DNA from: Patescibacteria group bacterium
GTDB taxonomy: Bacteria; Patescibacteriota; Microgenomatia; Levybacterales; UBA12049
DNA: 64,000 bases
Assembly: GCA_035457005.1 (NCBI GenBank)
Contig: DATICB010000020.1
Location: 2,109-66,108, forward strand
Reading direction: 5' to 3'
This document shows positions 9,521 to 19,812 of this stretch, piece after piece. A model generated the notes under the pieces. It was not told the origin of the DNA. It made no database searches and was given only the letters and a program-made list of their open reading frames with translations. The translations under genes were made by a program, and so were the position numbers. Every line of letters starts with the position of its first letter. The first letter of the stretch is position 1.

Positions 9521-9552
9521 CAATAAATCCCGGTAAATTCCGGGTTTTATTG
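9521..9552 (+). terminator. Intrinsic terminator
   Basis: CAATAAATCCCGG-taaatt-CCGGGTTTTATTG. Confidence 0.75.
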
Positions 9553-9812
9553 TAATAATTTTGACAGTGGGAAGTATAATCTAGTTATATAGTACGACGA
9601 GTTGGGAGGGTAAAGGGGTCCAGGTTACGTTCCTCCTGGGGAGCCACGGGGTGGAGTTGTAATACATGAGCATGATGATCCTCGAGGTTGGGGAAGAGGG
9701 AACTTACGATTTGCAGACCCTGCTAATCCTCGAGACAGAGGGATACAAAGGGGACCTTCACATCATTAATTTGTTCTATTTGTAACTTAACCTTGACTCC
9801 TCCAAAAATAAA

Positions 9813-9843
9813 AAAAATTCCAGACAAATTGTCTAGAATTTTT
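9813..9843 (-). terminator. Hairpin terminator after tRNA-Leu, possibly bidirectional
   Basis: AAAAATTCcAGACA-aat-TGTCTaGAATTTTT. Confidence 0.65.
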
Positions 9844-9848
9844 CTGTG

Positions 9849-9933
9849 TGGGCGAGGAGGGAGTCGAACCCACATGACCAATTACGATCAAAGGTTTTTG
9901 AGACCTTCGTGTCTACCATTCCACCACTCGCCC
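9849..9933 (-). tRNA. tRNA-Leu(CAA), CCA not encoded
   Basis: Acceptor GGGCGAG/CTCGCCC, anticodon arm AAGGT-CTCAAAA-ACCTT, long variable arm, GGTTCGACTCC. Confidence 0.96.
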
Positions 9934-9987
9934 TTGCTGATTCACTTGCACTAATTGTGTTATCTTCTGGAAAGCTCTTTCGCTTCG

Positions 9988-10048
9988 CGTGTCTACTCCC
10001 CCAAGGGGACTAGCTTCTTCGAAGCGGCGCATTTCCACCACTCGCCCT
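9988..10048 (-). repeat. Second copy of the tRNA-Leu 5' end with a 36-nt insert in the D-loop
   Basis: 10033-10048 identical to 9919-9934; 9988-9996 identical to 9908-9916. Confidence 0.85.
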
Positions 10049-10206
10049 CGTCGAAGCTCAACTTTATCGCTTCGTTTTTCGCTCCGCTCAAAACTTCGCT
10101 TGCCAGTCGGCTTCTCCTCTTAAAATCCTTTTAGGATTTTAGCTTTAAGGTACTTTTTTATAAAGCTTGTATATTATATACTGTTAAGTACGTTTTGAGC
10201 AAATAT

Positions 10207-12765
10207 ATGAGTCAGCTATTCCCAACAATCACTCCCGAGAAATACACTTTGTCCCTTCGTCCGAATTTAGAAACCTTTACTTTTTCAGCAGAAGAAACAA
10301 TAGCATTTCGCACAAAAAAAGCCTCTAAGTCATTGGTATTTCATGGTTTGGAGATTGTTGTTGAGAAAGCAGAGTTATTTATTGGGAATACAGTATTTGT
10401 TCCCAAAATTTCATACGACAAAAAAGAACACACCGTAACGTTTTCCTTTGCCAAACCTCTTCCAGCTGGAGAGAAAAAATTGTGCCTTTTCTATAACGGT
10501 TTATTGGATGAAAAAATGAAGGGGTGGTATCGCAGCGAGTTTAAACATGGTGAGGAAAAGCATGTTTTGGCAGTAACACAGTTTGAAGAAATTGGTGGAA
10601 GGCAGGCATTAGTGTGTATTGATGAGCCTGCAGCAAAAGCAGTTTTCGATATTACACTTATTATTCCACAAGACCTTGTTGGTCTTTCAAACACATTGGA
10701 AGACGAGGTAGAAGAGTTTTCTGATGGATATAAAAGATTGCATTTTGTCCCAACACCACGCATGTCTACATATCTTTTAGCATTTGTTGTCGGGAAGTTT
10801 GAGCACATAGAGAAAAAAACAAAAGGCAATATTTTGGTGAGAGCATTTGCAACGCCAGGAAAAAAAGAGCAGTTGCAATTTGCGCTGGATGTTGCATGTC
10901 GGTCGCTTGATTTTTATGCAGACTATTTTAACATTGCCTATCCGTTGCCAGTGTTGGATTTAATTGCGATTCCGGATTTTGATGCAGGAGCAATGGAAAA
11001 TTGGGGAGCTGTTACTTTTCGAGAATCAGCACTTTTGGTTGATGAGCAAAAATCATCGCTTACTAACAAGCAGTGGGTTGCGTTGGTTGTTGCGCATGAA
11101 TTGGCACACATGTGGTTTGGGAATTTAGTTACTATGGAGTGGTGGACACATTTGTGGCTTAATGAAGGATTTGCTTGTTACATAGAGTACCTTACTATTG
11201 ATTCGCTTTTTCCAAAGTGGCACATGTGGAAACAATTTGCATCAATGGAGCACAATAGTGCGCTTGCTCTGGATAGTCTTGCGTCTGCGCATCCAATAGA
11301 GGTACCGATTACATCGGACAAAGAGGTAAAGGAAATTTTTGATGAAATATCCTATGCCAAGGGAGCAAGTGTTATTCAAATGCTCGCAACGTATTTGGGG
11401 CCAAAACTTTTTCGACAAGGACTTCAAAAATATCTTAAAGATAATGCATATGGAAATACTGTTACCGAACAATTATGGGAAGCATTTGAGGCTGTTAGCC
11501 ATCAGCCAATACGAGAAATTATGTCCTTATGGACAAAAAAAGCAGGATACCCTTTGCTCAAAGTTGTCTCTCAAAAAGACGAGCTGCATGTTTCTCAGGA
11601 GCGATTTTTTGCCAGTCCGATAGAAAGAAGAAAATCTGTAGCAACACCTCTTTGGCATATTCCGCTTTTAATTAGTCATGGAGAGAAAAATAAACCACTG
11701 CTTTTTGATAAGAAAACACAAAAGATTCCAGGTACAGGTTTTATTAAGATTAATGCAACAGAATCAAGTGTTGTGCGTGTTGTCTATACAAAAGAGCAGT
11801 ATGCACTGCTGGAAAAAGTTCTCCCAACGCTTGATGCAGTAGACAGGATGGGAATTGTACGCGATGCTTTTGATAGTGCAAAGGCAGGCTACGCATCAAG
11901 TGTTGATGCGCTTTCTTTTTTGCCGTATTTTCGTCATGAAACCGAGTATGTTGTGTGGGCAAGCATTGCGGGAGGATTGTCAGCAATAGATGACATGCTT
12001 TTCGAAAGTGGGCAAGAAGACAGGGAAAAGTTTGCTCTTTTTGCCAGACAACTTTTTGTTCCATTAGTCAAAAAAATAGGTTGGAAAGAAAGAAAAACTG
12101 ACAGCAATGAAGATATTCTTCTTCGATCGCTCGCAATTGCCAATGCAGGAAAATATGGAGATAACGAAACAATTACTGAGGCAAAAAGACTGTTTGCAGA
12201 CCACGTAAGTGGCAAAAAAGCCATAGACCCCAACCTTCGGGGAGCAGTTTTTGCAACAGTTGCTAAGCGTGGCAATGATGCAACATGGAGTGAATTTGAA
12301 ATGCTTTTTCAGAAAGAGCAGCTTCAGCAAGAAAAAAGCAGGCTCATGATGGCGCTTTGCACATTTGCTCAAAAAAATCTTATTGAAAAAACACTAACCT
12401 GGTCAATGGCAAAAGCACTAGATTTCCAGGCCGAACACGTAAGAGTTCAGGATAAATCAGTCATCGCCCTTTTTCTTTTTAGTAATCCTGATGCACAGCA
12501 AATAACATGGGAATTTATCGAAACACATTGGGATGAGTATACAAAAATGTTTGCTGGCACTCATGGATTCACCAGACTTATTGAAGGAGCAGGGGACACA
12601 TTTTCAAAAGATTTGCGAGGCAAAGTCGCAGCATTTTTCAAAAAACATCCAACAGTTGAGCTGCAGATGACAATAAAACAGATTTTGGAGCGAATAGATG
12701 CTCACATTGATTGGTTGGAGCGGGATAGAGAAGCAATTGAAAACTTCCTCACACATGGGGTATAA
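10207..12765 (+). CDS. pepN: M1 family aminopeptidase N with ERAP1-like C-terminus
   Basis: GAMENWG, HELAHMWFGN..LWLNEG, ISYAKG. Confidence 0.95.
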   Translation: MSQLFPTITPEKYTLSLRPNLETFTFSAEETIAFRTKKASKSLVFHGLEIVVEKAELFIGNTVFVPKISYDKKEHTVTFSFAKPLPAGEKKLCLFYNGLLDEKMKGWYRSEFKHGEEKHVLAVTQFEEIGGRQALVCIDEPAAKAVFDITLIIPQDLVGLSNTLEDEVEEFSDGYKRLHFVPTPRMSTYLLAFVVGKFEHIEKKTKGNILVRAFATPGKKEQLQFALDVACRSLDFYADYFNIAYPLPVLDLIAIPDFDAGAMENWGAVTFRESALLVDEQKSSLTNKQWVALVVAHELAHMWFGNLVTMEWWTHLWLNEGFACYIEYLTIDSLFPKWHMWKQFASMEHNSALALDSLASAHPIEVPITSDKEVKEIFDEISYAKGASVIQMLATYLGPKLFRQGLQKYLKDNAYGNTVTEQLWEAFEAVSHQPIREIMSLWTKKAGYPLLKVVSQKDELHVSQERFFASPIERRKSVATPLWHIPLLISHGEKNKPLLFDKKTQKIPGTGFIKINATESSVVRVVYTKEQYALLEKVLPTLDAVDRMGIVRDAFDSAKAGYASSVDALSFLPYFRHETEYVVWASIAGGLSAIDDMLFESGQEDREKFALFARQLFVPLVKKIGWKERKTDSNEDILLRSLAIANAGKYGDNETITEAKRLFADHVSGKKAIDPNLRGAVFATVAKRGNDATWSEFEMLFQKEQLQQEKSRLMMALCTFAQKNLIEKTLTWSMAKALDFQAEHVRVQDKSVIALFLFSNPDAQQITWEFIETHWDEYTKMFAGTHGFTRLIEGAGDTFSKDLRGKVAAFFKKHPTVELQMTIKQILERIDAHIDWLERDREAIENFLTHGV

Positions 12766-12773
12766 TAGGTTCT

Positions 12774-13328
12774 ATGATTTCAGTAAACGATCTTCGACAG
12801 GGAGCAATTTATGAAGAATATGGAAATTTACTCCAAGTAGTATCCTTCGAACACGTGAAAATGGGTCGAGGTAGCGCAACGATTAAAGTAAAGGTGAAAA
12901 ATCTCCGCACGGGATCAATTTCAGAAAAAGGCTATGTAAATGGTCAGAAAGTGCAGGACGTCTCTGTTGTCAAAAAAGAGATGCAATATCTCTATCAAGA
13001 CAGTGAAAATGTGTATTTTATGGATCCAGTTACTTTTGAGCAAATTTCTATTCCTCTGAGCATTGTTGCGGAGGCAAAGTACTTAAAAGAAGGGCAAAAT
13101 TATCCAATTTCATTTAAAGACACAGAGGCACTCTCTTTGGTTATGACACCAAAAGTTGAGCTAAAGGTTGTTGATACAGCACCTGGTGTCAAAGGGAATT
13201 CTGCATCAAATGTGTTTAAAGATGCAACATTGGAAAATGGCATTCAGACAAAAGTGCCACTTTTTATAAATATTGGAGACTCTATTAGAGTGGATACCCG
13301 AACAGGAGCATATACCGAACGAGCATAA
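12774..13328 (+). CDS. efp: Elongation factor P (Arg-type loop KMGRG)
   Basis: HVKMGRGSA, PGVKGN, VPLFI..GD.I.VDTRTG.Y. Confidence 0.98.
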   Translation: MISVNDLRQGAIYEEYGNLLQVVSFEHVKMGRGSATIKVKVKNLRTGSISEKGYVNGQKVQDVSVVKKEMQYLYQDSENVYFMDPVTFEQISIPLSIVAEAKYLKEGQNYPISFKDTEALSLVMTPKVELKVVDTAPGVKGNSASNVFKDATLENGIQTKVPLFINIGDSIRVDTRTGAYTERA

Positions 13329-13373
13329 GTTCTGCAAATTCTTAAAATAGTATATAATCAATAGGTCGCTGGT

Positions 13374-14639
13374 ATGAAAAATCACCTATTTTCCGCACTT
13401 CGAGTACGTCCATTTCTTTTCCTCTGGCTTGCCGAACTCCTTTCGCAAATTGCTTCCAACATGACCAATTTTATTCTTCTTTTGGTTGTTTTTTCTCTGA
13501 CTAATTCTAATACTGCAGTGTCTGGAATTATGATCGCATTTTTACTTCCTGCAATTCTGTTTGGAATTTTTGCGGGAGTTTTTGTTGATCATCAGGACAA
13601 AAAACATGTCTTGACCGGGACAAATATTGCCAGAGCACTTATTCTTTTGCTCTTGGCTTTTTCGCAAAATAGTCTTTTCTTTGTGTATCTTCTAACGTTT
13701 GCAGTTGCAACAGCAACACAATTTTTCATTCCTGCAGAAACACCAATGATTCCACTTTTGGTTGACAAAAAGCTATTGTTGTCAGCAAATGCACTTTTTG
13801 GCATTGCATTTTATGGGTCACTGCTTGTTGCATATGCATTGTCTGGACCGCTGCTTATTTTTTTCGGACAAAGTAATGTTTTTCTTGCATTATGTATTAT
13901 GTTTTTGATTGCAAGTATTTTTTCAAGTCTTATCAAAAGATCATCAGATGTAAAAGTGCAGTCACGTCTTCCAAAAAATATAACCGTTGGCGGAGAAATA
14001 AAAATTGCTCTTCATACAATTTTTGCTAGTAGAAAAATTTCCCACTCATTTCTTTTGCTATCGCTTTCTCAGATTCTTGTTTTGGTAATTGCAGTTATTG
14101 GTCCTGGATTTGCAACACATATTTTACAAATCCCCGTGAGCAGTTTCCCTCTTCTTTTTGTTATGCCAGCTGCAATTGGTATGGGAGTCGGGGCATTTAT
14201 TCTCACTAATTATTTTCATTCTATTTCAAAAGATAAAATTATTAACATTGGTCTTTTTACGACCGCTATTGCAATTTTCTTGTTGCCCTTTGGTGGACAA
14301 ATTATTTCAAGACCTTTTGTGAATACATTTAATACACAAATGCCCGAAATTTTGCAGCTGACAAAATTAAACTTTATGGCAATTCTTGCATTTTTCTCAG
14401 GCCTAGCAAATGCATTTATGTTTGTCCCAGCAAATACGCTTATTCAGGAAGAAACAAATGATGAAATGAGAGGGAAGATATATGGAGCACTTAATTCGCT
14501 TATTTCACTTCTTTCACTTTTGCCAATTGTCATTGTCGGCTCGTTAGCCGACGTTTTTGGTGTCGCAACTGTTTTATTAGTATTAGGAATTTGCGTTGGG
14601 ATTATTGGTATAATTCGATTAGTAACAACACGAGAATGA
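13374..14639 (+). CDS. MFS transporter (H+ antiporter-like)
   Basis: About 12 TMs, AGVFVD, QFFIPAE, MRGKIYG. Confidence 0.9.
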   Translation: MKNHLFSALRVRPFLFLWLAELLSQIASNMTNFILLLVVFSLTNSNTAVSGIMIAFLLPAILFGIFAGVFVDHQDKKHVLTGTNIARALILLLLAFSQNSLFFVYLLTFAVATATQFFIPAETPMIPLLVDKKLLLSANALFGIAFYGSLLVAYALSGPLLIFFGQSNVFLALCIMFLIASIFSSLIKRSSDVKVQSRLPKNITVGGEIKIALHTIFASRKISHSFLLLSLSQILVLVIAVIGPGFATHILQIPVSSFPLLFVMPAAIGMGVGAFILTNYFHSISKDKIINIGLFTTAIAIFLLPFGGQIISRPFVNTFNTQMPEILQLTKLNFMAILAFFSGLANAFMFVPANTLIQEETNDEMRGKIYGALNSLISLLSLLPIVIVGSLADVFGVATVLLVLGICVGIIGIIRLVTTRE

Positions 14640-15301
14640 CACTGATTGCATCTATTATTATTTTTCTTTTTAGTCTTTTTGTTTTGTCAAAAGAGGATTT
14701 TGTTTTCCTGAGAAAAAATATCTCTTTGCAAACAATTTTTGACACAGCATGTTTGGTTGGGTTGGCGAGTCTTTTTTTCTCACGTCTTATTTTTGTCTTA
14801 CTTCACCCGTCATTTGCATATATTAATCCGTTTATTTTCTTTATTATTCCGTACTTTCCAGGACTAACAACTTCAGGATTTCTTATTGGAGGAAGTTTGG
14901 CATTATATCTTTTTTCAATGCGGCAAAAATTACCACTGGGGAAACTGTTTGATGTTTTCTCACTAAGTGTTCTTCCGTCATCTGCGACTTTTTTTCTGGT
15001 TATGAGTGTTATTTTTCTAACAACAAAACACATTGGTTTTAGTGCTCTTTTTTTAGCTATTTTCCTTTTGCTTTTCATAAGTACATTTTTACTTCGAACA
15101 CTTGCAATAAAATTCTCATGGGAAGATGGATCTGTAAGTCTTTTTGCATTAAGTCTTGCATCAATGAGTTTTTTCATAAGCAGTTTTATAAATAGTGGCA
15201 TGCATATACTGTTTGCCGAACTTTCATATTTTCTTTTTTTCTTTTTTCTTCTTTTTTTAAGCTTTCTTGTTAAATCGTTTAGAAAGACAAGACAATCATG
15301 A
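14636..15301 (+). CDS. Membrane protein, divergent Lgt-like
   Basis: SRL.F, GL...G...GG, FDVFS resemble Lgt N-half; no HPxQLYE; ATGA overlaps at both ends. Confidence 0.5.
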   Translation: MTLIASIIIFLFSLFVLSKEDFVFLRKNISLQTIFDTACLVGLASLFFSRLIFVLLHPSFAYINPFIFFIIPYFPGLTTSGFLIGGSLALYLFSMRQKLPLGKLFDVFSLSVLPSSATFFLVMSVIFLTTKHIGFSALFLAIFLLLFISTFLLRTLAIKFSWEDGSVSLFALSLASMSFFISSFINSGMHILFAELSYFLFFFFLLFLSFLVKSFRKTRQS

Positions 15302-16065
15302 GTAAGCTCTCAGTTATTTTTGAAGATAGTAATCTTTTGGTTGTCAATAAGCCTTCTGGTGTTGTTGTGAATAATTCAGATACCACGGCACATACAACAA
15401 CGCTTCAGGATATGGTTGCATCGTATCTACATGTACCAAGTAATCCGACAAGACTTATTACACAGAGAAAAGAAGGGGAGTGGGAGAATCCGGAAGACGC
15501 GTTTGTTAATCGTTGTGGCATTGTTCATAGACTAGATAAAGAGACATCAGGAGCACTCCTTGTTGCCAAGACACTGGAGGCATTTATTGCATTGCAAAAA
15601 GAGTTTAAAGATCGTGTGGTTGAAAAAACATACGTTGCGCTTTCTCATGGAAAAATTACACCAGTGCAGGGGGAGATAAGTGTCCCGGTTGGACGATTGG
15701 AATTTAACCGTAAGCGATTTGGCATTGTTGCGGGTGGAAGGGAATCTCTTACTGTATATAGAGTCGAGTCTTATTTTGAAAATCCAAAAACAAAAGAAAT
15801 ACTTTCGCTTGTAACACTTTTTCCCAAAACAGGCAGAACACATCAAATTCGGGTGCATTTACAATATATTGGCCATCCTATTTTTGGCGATGAACTGTAT
15901 GCTGGCCGAAAAATTGCCCGAAATGACAGAAAAATATTGCAGCGAGTTTTTTTGCACGCAGCACATATTAGCTTTCTTCATCCTGTAACACAGAAAAAAA
16001 TGGAATTTTCAGCACCATTGCCAGAAGAGTTAGAAACCGTGCTCAGTCAGCTAAAAAAGCAATAA
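15298..16065 (+). CDS. RluA/RluD family pseudouridine synthase
   Basis: VVNKPSG, HRLDKETSG, TGRTHQIRVH, GDELY, LHA. Confidence 0.96.
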   Translation: MSKLSVIFEDSNLLVVNKPSGVVVNNSDTTAHTTTLQDMVASYLHVPSNPTRLITQRKEGEWENPEDAFVNRCGIVHRLDKETSGALLVAKTLEAFIALQKEFKDRVVEKTYVALSHGKITPVQGEISVPVGRLEFNRKRFGIVAGGRESLTVYRVESYFENPKTKEILSLVTLFPKTGRTHQIRVHLQYIGHPIFGDELYAGRKIARNDRKILQRVFLHAAHISFLHPVTQKKMEFSAPLPEELETVLSQLKKQ

Positions 16066-16125
16066 ATACTTCTTGCAAGAAGTATAATTCTTCGCTACGA
16101 TTAAGCGTGAAGGAGGTGTAGAAAA

Positions 16126-16263
16126 ATGGGATCATTTGGTGATTTTGGCAAACGAGAAAAAAAGAAAAAAAAGCAAGGATCAGGAAGTGCAGGTTCGTCT
16201 TTGTCGACAAGACCTGTTTTTGTTGCGCCACCGCAAATAAAAAAAGAAAGACGAGAAAGATAA
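16126..16263 (+). CDS. Small basic protein, 45 aa (MGSFGDFGKREKKKKKQGSGSAGSSLSTRPVFVAPPQIKKERRER)
   Basis: Manual translation; AAGGAGGTG SD; TATAAT at 16083-16088. Confidence 0.7.
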   Translation: MGSFGDFGKREKKKKKQGSGSAGSSLSTRPVFVAPPQIKKERRER

Positions 16264-16278
16264 GTATCATTTCTGCCC

Positions 16279-17067
16279 ATGAGACGATCTTCTTACCATT
16301 CAGGCAACAGCCTGAAAATTGCGTTTATTTTTATATGTTGTATTCTCTTGCTTATAGCAGGAGGATTTCTCCTTAAGCTTTTTCTTGTACTTCGGGCATC
16401 CACATTTGACGGCGTACATCAATATATTTTAGAAATTGACGAAAATAGAGAGCATGGTGCACTTGTTGCATTTAGTCCCGCGACTTCCTCAATAACCATG
16501 TTGCAAATTAATGGTCGAGTTGATAATACCTTCGGCAAGTATCTTGGTATTCCTGTTGATGGCGTTGTGAGTATGTCTGTGCCAGAAAATCCATCAGAGC
16601 TTGCTGGCGATGTTTTTATAAAAAGCAGTCATGAAAAGGGAATAACGATTATTGATAAGCTTCGTCTTTTGCTTTTTGCCAACTCACTCAAGCAGGATAA
16701 TTTTCACAAAAAGACAATTCAATTGCCAATCGACACAGCAACAAGTGATACCGTACTACCATCACTTTTTCAAGATACAAGGCTTTATAACGACAACGAA
16801 AGCATTGCTATTATCAACGCAACGGGCGAGTCAGGAGTCGGCTCTGAAATTGCCCACCAACTTGGCATTATTGGCATGAATGTGCTCTCGGTTACCACTG
16901 CATCCGACGAACAAAATGCCACCACAATCATTGCCATGCATACAGACACCTATACTGTGCAAAAAATAGAACGCTTGTTTCATGTTGATGCCAGGTCAAC
17001 AGCGACAACAGGAATTTCAGATATTGTGCTGACTATTGGAAAAGAAAGTCTTCCTGCGTTACAATAA
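16279..17067 (+). CDS. LCP-like membrane protein with LytR_C domain
   Basis: One TM, LGIPVDG, C-terminal IINATG.SGVG...DIVLTIGK. Confidence 0.75.
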   Translation: MRRSSYHSGNSLKIAFIFICCILLLIAGGFLLKLFLVLRASTFDGVHQYILEIDENREHGALVAFSPATSSITMLQINGRVDNTFGKYLGIPVDGVVSMSVPENPSELAGDVFIKSSHEKGITIIDKLRLLLFANSLKQDNFHKKTIQLPIDTATSDTVLPSLFQDTRLYNDNESIAIINATGESGVGSEIAHQLGIIGMNVLSVTTASDEQNATTIIAMHTDTYTVQKIERLFHVDARSTATTGISDIVLTIGKESLPALQ

Positions 17068-17071
17068 GGGC

Positions 17072-17239
17072 ATGTTGCTTGCCGTCGTTATTGTTTTCAT
17101 TGCAATTGTTTCTGTTGGTATTTCGTATTGGTCTTTGCGAAACGAATTAAAAAAACATAAGCATGTCGAAGAGGTGAAAAAAGATTTGGCAAAAGGAAAA
17201 GTTATTTTTTATGCGCCTTCTGATGCTTCATCTAAATAA
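17072..17239 (+). CDS. Small membrane protein, 55 aa
   Basis: TACAAT 6 nt before ATG 17072; N-terminal TM, basic tail. Confidence 0.6.
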   Translation: MLLAVVIVFIAIVSVGISYWSLRNELKKHKHVEEVKKDLAKGKVIFYAPSDASSK

Positions 17240-17886
17240 GCATTTTTCGAAGCATGTTTACTAAATGCCAAATGGGTTTTGTCACCAAAAAGAAAAGAAG
17301 GTTGATTTTTGTATTTTGTTGCGCGTTTGATTTCTTTAATAAAAATAACAACACCGTGGTCATTAGCGGATTTAATGTATGCTTCATATGCGTTGCCGCC
17401 ATCGATAAATTTAATAAGCCGTTTTCCCAAGTCTTCGGGTAAAACACCAATATATTCTTTATTAGTATCTTGAATAAATATTTTCATTCTTTTTTTGCAA
17501 AGCGTCACTGTTTGACCAACTTGTAAATTTCTTAGTTGTCGTGCTGGTGCAGTATTCAGAAGGCTAACGATTTTGGTTTTTCCTGATTCTTCCAAAAACA
17601 TGTTGCTTAGTAGCTTAGTTGGCATATTGGTTTGCGATCCTGCGGTACTCAAGCGCTTGAGTCCACGGGTAGCAATAGGGTTGAGCGGATCGATTATCAA
17701 TACCCTGTCGTAGGTTTCTTTTGCTTCCTTTTTATTGCCAAGGGCACTTAGTGCAAACCCCAAACGATTCAGGGCATCGGTGTCCTCTGGATTTTCCTTA
17801 AGAATTTCAATATTCAGTTTGGCCGCTTCCTGCCAATTGCCGTTTAAGGCTATCTGAATTGCTTGATTTTTGAGTGATGAAGTCAT
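17209..17886 (-). CDS. TPR-containing protein
   Basis: TPR pattern ALNRLG.A...LG...EA...Y..VL.IDP.N; FLEESGKTK. Confidence 0.85.
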   Translation of the reverse strand: MTSSLKNQAIQIALNGNWQEAAKLNIEILKENPEDTDALNRLGFALSALGNKKEAKETYDRVLIIDPLNPIATRGLKRLSTAGSQTNMPTKLLSNMFLEESGKTKIVSLLNTAPARQLRNLQVGQTVTLCKKRMKIFIQDTNKEYIGVLPEDLGKRLIKFIDGGNAYEAYIKSANDHGVVIFIKEIKRATKYKNQPSFLFGDKTHLAFSKHASKNAYLDEASEGA

Positions 17887-17937
17887 GGGCAGTTTTTAGT
17901 GGGTTTTATCCCGTATTTATGCGGGACTAATTGAAAA

Positions 17938-17983
17938 ATTGTAACGAGATTTATTGCAAAAGTCAAGGCAGAAAGAGTATAAT
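17938..17983. promoter_or_regulatory. Overlapping divergent sigma70 promoters
   Basis: Plus TTGCAA(17954)-18-TATAAT(17978); minus TTGACT(17966)-17-TACAAT(17943). Confidence 0.65.
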
Positions 17984-18045
17984 TAACGTGCAAAGAGCAT
18001 AGAGTAGAACTTCTCTAAGCACAAAGCTCTATGCCTTAAACATGT

Positions 18046-18765
18046 ATGAGTGGACATTCAAAATGGGCAACAATTAAACGGCAAAAAGGGGCAAATGACG
18101 CCAAAAGAGGCGCTCTTTTTACCAAGCTTTCTAAGGCAGTCACCATTGCTGTATCTGCTGGCGGTGGTGTTGCAGATCCTGCGCAAAACTTTCGACTTCG
18201 GCTAGCTGTCGAAGCAGCACGCGGAGCAAATATGCCAAAAGATACTATTGAAAGAGCAATAGAAAAAGCAGCAGGGAAGTCAGGCATTGTTTTGGAAGAA
18301 GTGCTGTACGAAGGATTTGGTCCTGGCGGTGTAGGGATCATTGTTGAGGCAGCAACAGATAATAAAAATAGAACAACTTCGGAAGTGGCAAATGCTTTCA
18401 ATAAAAATGGGGGGAATATGGGCGCAATGGGATCGGTAAGTTATCAATTTAAAAAAATGGGACAACTTCTTGTCGATAAAGGGTCATTGTCATTTGATCA
18501 ACTTTTCTTAGAAGCAGCGGATGCAGGAGCGGAAGATGTTGAGGAGTCAGACACACTGGCATATGTCTATACACAACCAAACGACTTAGCAAAAGTCAGA
18601 GACAGTCTGTCGCAAAAGGGAATTGGAGTTAAGGAAATGGAACTAGTTTGGCAACCAACAATGACGGTAACTGTTGACGACACAACAGGTGAGAAAATTA
18701 TGAATTTACTTGAAAAATTGGAAGAGTTGGATGATGTGCAAAAAACGTATTCAAACATGGCCTAA
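18046..18765 (+). CDS. yebC: YebC/PmpR family protein
   Basis: MSGHSKWATIKRQK, YEGFGPGG, TDNKNRT, DDVQ. Confidence 0.97.
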   Translation: MSGHSKWATIKRQKGANDAKRGALFTKLSKAVTIAVSAGGGVADPAQNFRLRLAVEAARGANMPKDTIERAIEKAAGKSGIVLEEVLYEGFGPGGVGIIVEAATDNKNRTTSEVANAFNKNGGNMGAMGSVSYQFKKMGQLLVDKGSLSFDQLFLEAADAGAEDVEESDTLAYVYTQPNDLAKVRDSLSQKGIGVKEMELVWQPTMTVTVDDTTGEKIMNLLEKLEELDDVQKTYSNMA

Positions 18766-18768
18766 AAG

Positions 18769-19617
18769 ATGATACGAGAAATACTTATTAAGTTGCTTCC
18801 TCCGCATTTACAACCCAAACCCCGCCGCGAAAAAGAGGGAAGAGGATTTCTCTTGAGTAAACGTCAAAAATTTGTTATTTCTGTTGCAGTGCTTTCTCTT
18901 GGTCTTTTTTTCTCAGAATATCTTTTTAGCGGATATGGTGTTTTGTTTGCGGGAATTCTTGCAGTTGTCACTGACGCATTAGTTATTATTTCTTTAGGCG
19001 ATGACTTAATGGATAACTTTTCTGTATATCCTTTGATTTTGCCGTTTCTCTGGAGTCTGTCATTTGGCTTTTTCTATTTTTTAGCACCTGCAAGGCTGCT
19101 TACAAGATTAATTCTTACGACACTTTTTGCAATCGGAATGTACTCAGTACTACTGTCTGAGAATATTTTTGTTGTTGGTTCAATTCGTACTATTGCGCTT
19201 TTGAGTAGTGCGCGAATTGTAACTTTTGTGATATCACTTGTTTCATATTTTTTTGTTACCAATACTATTTTTTCATTTCGATTACCGATTCTTCCAACAC
19301 TTGGATTATTTGCTCTGTTTACATTCTTGTTTTTTCTTCACAGTATCTGGACCTACACACTGGGGAAGAGTCTTCGAGATGATTTGCTGTGGAATGGAAT
19401 TATGACGTTGTGTCTTACCGAATTTGCTGGCATGCTGTGGTTTTGGCCAACGCCGCCGACAGTTTTTGCTCTTTTTATTGCGGCAATGTTTTATATTCTC
19501 ACTGGACTGACGCACGTTTGGCTTGATAAACGGCTTTTTAAGAGTGTCTTATGGGAATATCTCTGGGTAGCAATTGTGGCTGTTTTTGTTTTATTTTGGT
19601 TTAGTAGCTGGCAATAG
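18769..19617 (+). CDS. Multi-pass membrane protein of unknown function
   Basis: About 9 TMs; NIF.V.SIRTI.LL motif. Confidence 0.8.
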   Translation: MIREILIKLLPPHLQPKPRREKEGRGFLLSKRQKFVISVAVLSLGLFFSEYLFSGYGVLFAGILAVVTDALVIISLGDDLMDNFSVYPLILPFLWSLSFGFFYFLAPARLLTRLILTTLFAIGMYSVLLSENIFVVGSIRTIALLSSARIVTFVISLVSYFFVTNTIFSFRLPILPTLGLFALFTFLFFLHSIWTYTLGKSLRDDLLWNGIMTLCLTEFAGMLWFWPTPPTVFALFIAAMFYILTGLTHVWLDKRLFKSVLWEYLWVAIVAVFVLFWFSSWQ

Positions 19618-19812
19618 GCTTTGTTCCTTTTAGGACACCAGGAAAGCCAGCACGTATGGGAGTTCGCCTCCGCTCAAGTTATTTATAAATGCCTTATGGC
19701 AACACAGTAGATCTAGATTCAATTAGCCTCACAGTAAATAAAATTTTTTTAAAGAATCAACTAGGGAGGAGGAGAGTGGTATTGTTAGGAAACAGCCTCA
19801 AATGATATAGTT

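Noticed and set aside
19617-19675. CAGGAAAGCCAGC as possible SRP RNA, with nearby hairpins
   Set aside because: No GNRA-capped helix 8 or long flanking stem.
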